Shown here: positions 61,068 through 64,000 of the stretch, piece after piece | How the letters are laid out: each line of letters begins with the position of its first letter | Position numbering within the stretch: position 1 is the stretch's first letter | Source: Promethearchaeota archaeon | GTDB taxonomy: Archaea > Asgardarchaeota > Lokiarchaeia > Sigyniarchaeales > SOKP01 | DNA length: 64,000 nt | Direction of reading: 5' to 3' | Assembly: GCA_048937405.1 (NCBI GenBank) | Contig: JBHLNF010000005.1 | Location: 128,001 to 192,000, forward strand | Notes under the pieces: model-generated | What the model was told of the DNA's origin: nothing | The model's database searches: none | What the model saw: only the letters and a program-made list of their open reading frames with translations | Made by a program: the position numbers and the translations under genes

Positions 61068-62399
61068 ATGAGCGAAGTTGAAATTACTAATAATAAAAAT
61101 GAAATTAAAAAAGCATTTGATACTGGTTATAAACTAGCCAATTGGCGAATGCGAATATTTTTTACTGGTTGGATTACTTACATGATTTACTATATAGGAC
61201 GAAATAATTATGGAGTAGCAAAACCATTTATCATGAATGAATTTGGATATACTGCTACTTTAATGGGAGTTGTGAGTTCTATCTTTCTTATTGCATATGC
61301 ATTTGGACAATTCTTTAATGGTTTTTTAGGTGACAAAATCGGTGCCAGACGCTTTATTACATTAGGATTAATTGTATCATCAGTTTTAAATTTGATGATG
61401 GGAGTTGCATTTGACTTTATTTGGGTAGCTTTTCTTTTTTGGGGTTTAAATGGCTATTTTCAATCAATGGGATGGGCACCTTCAGTGAAAACAATTGCTA
61501 ATTGGCATCCTGCTGAAGAAAGAGGTAAATGGTCTAGTAGACTTGCCACTTCATATCTACTTGGGGGAGTTCTATCATGGGGTATCGCCATTCTTATTAC
61601 TGATACATTTAGTCTAGATTGGCGTTATTCTTTTATTATTCCAGGAATTATAATGTTTCTCATGACGTTTCATTTTTATTTCCGTATTAGAAATGCCCCT
61701 GAAGAGGTTGGTTTACCAACTTTGGAAGAAGAATGTGAAGGTGTAATAGTAATGGGTGACTGCCGTCCAGATGAATTTGTAGGCTTTAAATATATTTTTA
61801 ATACAGTAATTAAAACTAAAACTGTTCTTTTTGCAGCTTTTGGATTATTTTGCCTAAATATAGTTCGATATGGGTTAACTGATTGGCTCCCATATTTATT
61901 AAGTCCTGAAATAACAGGTGCAGAAGAATTTGGTACTTGGAAATCAATTTTTTACCCTATTGGAGGTACATTTGGTGTCATTGTTGCTGCATGGATTTCA
62001 AATAAATATCTTAAAAAAAGAAGAATACCTGTAGTTTGTGCTCTTTTTCTGACTTTAGGATTAACATTATTCATATATACTTTCCTACCTCCACTTGATA
62101 TGGTTTTTGGAATTCCTGTATTGATGTTAATTGGTTTCTTAAATTTTGGACCTCATGCACTTTTAGTTTCTACAATACCCATGGAATTTGGGACAAGAAA
62201 AGCATCATCTGCAGCTACAGGATTTATTGATGGTGTTGGTTATATAGGAGCCGCTATTACAACTTTTTCCTCAGGAGCTCTTATTGATGCTGCTGGTTCT
62301 GGAGCTGCTTTTTTACTCTGGATTATAGTTGCACTAATAGGAGGTTTAGTCCTATTATTAGATTGGAAAAGTATACCAGAAAGAAGAGAATATGTTTAA
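61068..62399 (+). CDS. MFS organophosphate:Pi antiporter family (GlpT/UhpT/PgtP-like)
   Basis: WITYMIYYIGRNN, G.LGDK.G.R, QSMGWAPS, W....ERG, PEEVGLP, VRYG..DW.P, A.GFID..GY.G. Confidence 0.88.
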   Translation: MSEVEITNNKNEIKKAFDTGYKLANWRMRIFFTGWITYMIYYIGRNNYGVAKPFIMNEFGYTATLMGVVSSIFLIAYAFGQFFNGFLGDKIGARRFITLGLIVSSVLNLMMGVAFDFIWVAFLFWGLNGYFQSMGWAPSVKTIANWHPAEERGKWSSRLATSYLLGGVLSWGIAILITDTFSLDWRYSFIIPGIIMFLMTFHFYFRIRNAPEEVGLPTLEEECEGVIVMGDCRPDEFVGFKYIFNTVIKTKTVLFAAFGLFCLNIVRYGLTDWLPYLLSPEITGAEEFGTWKSIFYPIGGTFGVIVAAWISNKYLKKRRIPVVCALFLTLGLTLFIYTFLPPLDMVFGIPVLMLIGFLNFGPHALLVSTIPMEFGTRKASSAATGFIDGVGYIGAAITTFSSGALIDAAGSGAAFLLWIIVALIGGLVLLLDWKSIPERREYV

Positions 62400-62567
62400 A
62401 CAAAAATATATATTTTTTTTTATTAATTATTTTATAGATAATTCTAATTAATCTCGATAAATTTATTTAGTTAAATTATAAAGAATTTATTGATAATGGA
62501 TTCAATTTTTATTCAAAAATAACTATATATTATTAGATCATGCTTAATCAAATATTTAAATCAAACT

Positions 62568-62574
62568 AAGGTGA
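62568..62574 (+). promoter_or_regulatory. Shine-Dalgarno-like AAGGTGA
   Basis: 5 nt before ATG 62580; matches part of the GGAGGTGA consensus. Confidence 0.45.
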
Positions 62575-62579
62575 CATGG

Positions 62580-64000
62580 ATGGAATTAAAATTGAGAAGA
62601 AGGATCTTACCTAATGAAAGAAGGAGTATTTTGAAAAATTTACTTAATAAAAAGGGTTTTGCTAGAATTCTCGAAACCCATAATGGTTTGAGTGCCATAA
62701 TTGCTAATAATATAAAGGAAATAAATAAGGGTGAAATTCTTGAATTTAATGGATTTTGGGTGAGTAGTTTTACGGATAGCGCTGCTAAAGGATATCCTGA
62801 TATTGAAATTATTGGTATGGAGTCACGATATGAAACGATTCGTCAAATTCTAAATAATACAAATAAACCTATAATAATAGATGGCGATACTGGAGGGGAA
62901 GCAGCAAATTTCGAATATTTTGTAAGATCTTTAGAAGACATGGGAGTTTCAATGGTTATTATTGAAGATAAAAAGTTTCCAAAAAGAAATAGTTTGGAAA
63001 GTGGTACAATCCAAGATCAAGAAGATCCAGAGATTTTCTCAATAAAAATCAAAAGAGGCAAAGAGGTTCAAATATCAAAAGATTTCATGATTGTTGCTAG
63101 AATCGAAAGTTTAATTTCAGGATTAGGGTTAAAGGATGCTCTCTTTAGAGCAAAGAAGTATTTATTAGCAGGAGCAGATGGAATTATGATTCATTCCAAA
63201 AGTATTGATCCTAAAGAAATATTAGAATTTGCTGTGGAGTATAATAAATTATCAAAAGAATTAGGTTTTAGGAAACCACTGGTCTGTGTTCCTACAACGT
63301 ATAATACCGTTTCAGAGGAAAATTTACAAGATTATGGTTTTAATATTGTTATATATGCTAATCATCTCTTAAGAGCTGCTCATAAGGCTATGAAGGAAAC
63401 AGCTTCAATAATTTTAAGAAATAAAAGAGCATTTGAAGCAGAAACTATGTGCAGCCCTGTAAAATCAGTTTTTAGAGATGTTGGGTTTCTAGATGTTAAA
63501 GAAAAGGATATGAAATATATTAAAGGTATTACAAAAGTTATTATTCCTGCAGCTGGTGAAGATCCTGAATTTGAAATTCCTAAAGCAATGACGACTTTAA
63601 AGGGTAAAACAATTCTACAACGACAAATAGAAACATTGAAGAATTGTGGAATTACTGATATTATTGTAATAAGAGGATTTAAAAAAGAGGATATTAATGT
63701 TGATGGCATAAGATACATTGATAATGATGAATACAACAAGTACCATATTTTACATTCATTATTTAAAGCAGAAAATGAAATGCAAGGAGGTTTCATATTT
63801 ATTTATTCAGATATTTTATTCAATGAGCAAATAATCAAAAATTTGTTAATGGTAAAAGGAGATATTATTTTAGTTTTGGATAATTCTTATACTTATCATA
63901 AACACAAGATTGATAAAAACCTTGATTTAATTTTAACAAAAAATAAACCAAGTGAACAGTCTAGAGATTTATACCAAAAAAAGAATGAAATTATACGAAT
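62580..64000 (+). CDS. pepM: Phosphoenolpyruvate mutase fused to C-terminal nucleotidyltransferase-like domain (truncated by window edge)
   Basis: Not in ORF track. Manual translation MELKLRRR...ETHNGLS...GFWVSS..DS..KG.PD.E...IIDGDTGG...EDKKFPKRNS (EDK-x5-NS, 62964-62993)...ARIES...GADGIMIHS...VPTTY...IYANHLLRA, then KVIIPAAG...PK...RGFKKE...YSDILF; open to the window end. Confidence 0.93.
   Translation, partial: MELKLRRRILPNERRSILKNLLNKKGFARILETHNGLSAIIANNIKEINKGEILEFNGFWVSSFTDSAAKGYPDIEIIGMESRYETIRQILNNTNKPIIIDGDTGGEAANFEYFVRSLEDMGVSMVIIEDKKFPKRNSLESGTIQDQEDPEIFSIKIKRGKEVQISKDFMIVARIESLISGLGLKDALFRAKKYLLAGADGIMIHSKSIDPKEILEFAVEYNKLSKELGFRKPLVCVPTTYNTVSEENLQDYGFNIVIYANHLLRAAHKAMKETASIILRNKRAFEAETMCSPVKSVFRDVGFLDVKEKDMKYIKGITKVIIPAAGEDPEFEIPKAMTTLKGKTILQRQIETLKNCGITDIIVIRGFKKEDINVDGIRYIDNDEYNKYHILHSLFKAENEMQGGFIFIYSDILFNEQIIKNLLMVKGDIILVLDNSYTYHKHKIDKNLDLILTKNKPSEQSRDLYQKKNEIIR

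Noticed and set aside
62580-63530. Isocitrate/methylisocitrate lyase call
   Set aside because: It has EDK-x5-NS rather than the lyase K(K/R)CGH motif, and its neighbours are phosphonate-type genes.
63380-63796. 138-aa minus-strand ORF
   Set aside because: Antisense shadow of the pepM fusion on the plus strand.
1-64000. tRNA/rRNA, CRISPR array, transposase or integrase
   Set aside because: No GC-rich structured segment, regularly spaced repeats or recombinase motifs seen by eye; small ncRNAs cannot be excluded without covariance searches.

Overview
Very AT-rich 64-kb window that is almost entirely one large cell-surface glycan biosynthesis and modification island. The host is probably an archaeon, with Lokiarchaeia/Asgard as my best guess. 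That is an inference from TATA/BRE-like promoters, oligo-T terminators, scarce Shine-Dalgarno sites, DPM1-like GT2s and AglB/GT-C-like membrane proteins; no marker gene is present. Left to right: (1) a GT-C-like membrane protein truncated by the window edge, and a run of GT4 glycosyltransferases; (2) two paralogous ParB/Srx-like + WbdD-type methyltransferase fusions with complementary degenerate domains; (3) a largely doubled nonulosonic (sialic-like) acid system with 2x NeuB (one fused to a TIM-barrel domain), NeuC, 2x NeuA, 2x candidate transferases, 2x oxidoreductase pairs and a PtmF/PtmB/PtmA-like module; (4) a bacterial-looking CDP-6-deoxy-C-methyl sugar operon (rfbF, rfbG, epimerase, C-methyltransferase, reductase) with radical SAM, FkbM, CmcI and TylF tailoring genes; (5) an ABC-2 exporter, a second GT-C-like protein, three DPM1-like GT2s (one with three apparent frameshifts) and a flippase; (6) a phosphonate module at the right edge: CDP-alcohol phosphotransferase, alkaline-phosphatase-superfamily protein, HTH-fused LicC/PntC-like cytidylyltransferase preceded by palindromes, GlpT-like antiporter, and a PEP mutase (EDKKFPKRNS) fused to a nucleotidyltransferase that the ORF track omits because it runs off the window. 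I recognised no RNA genes, CRISPR arrays or intact mobile elements. All family calls come from reading motifs by eye, not from database searches.
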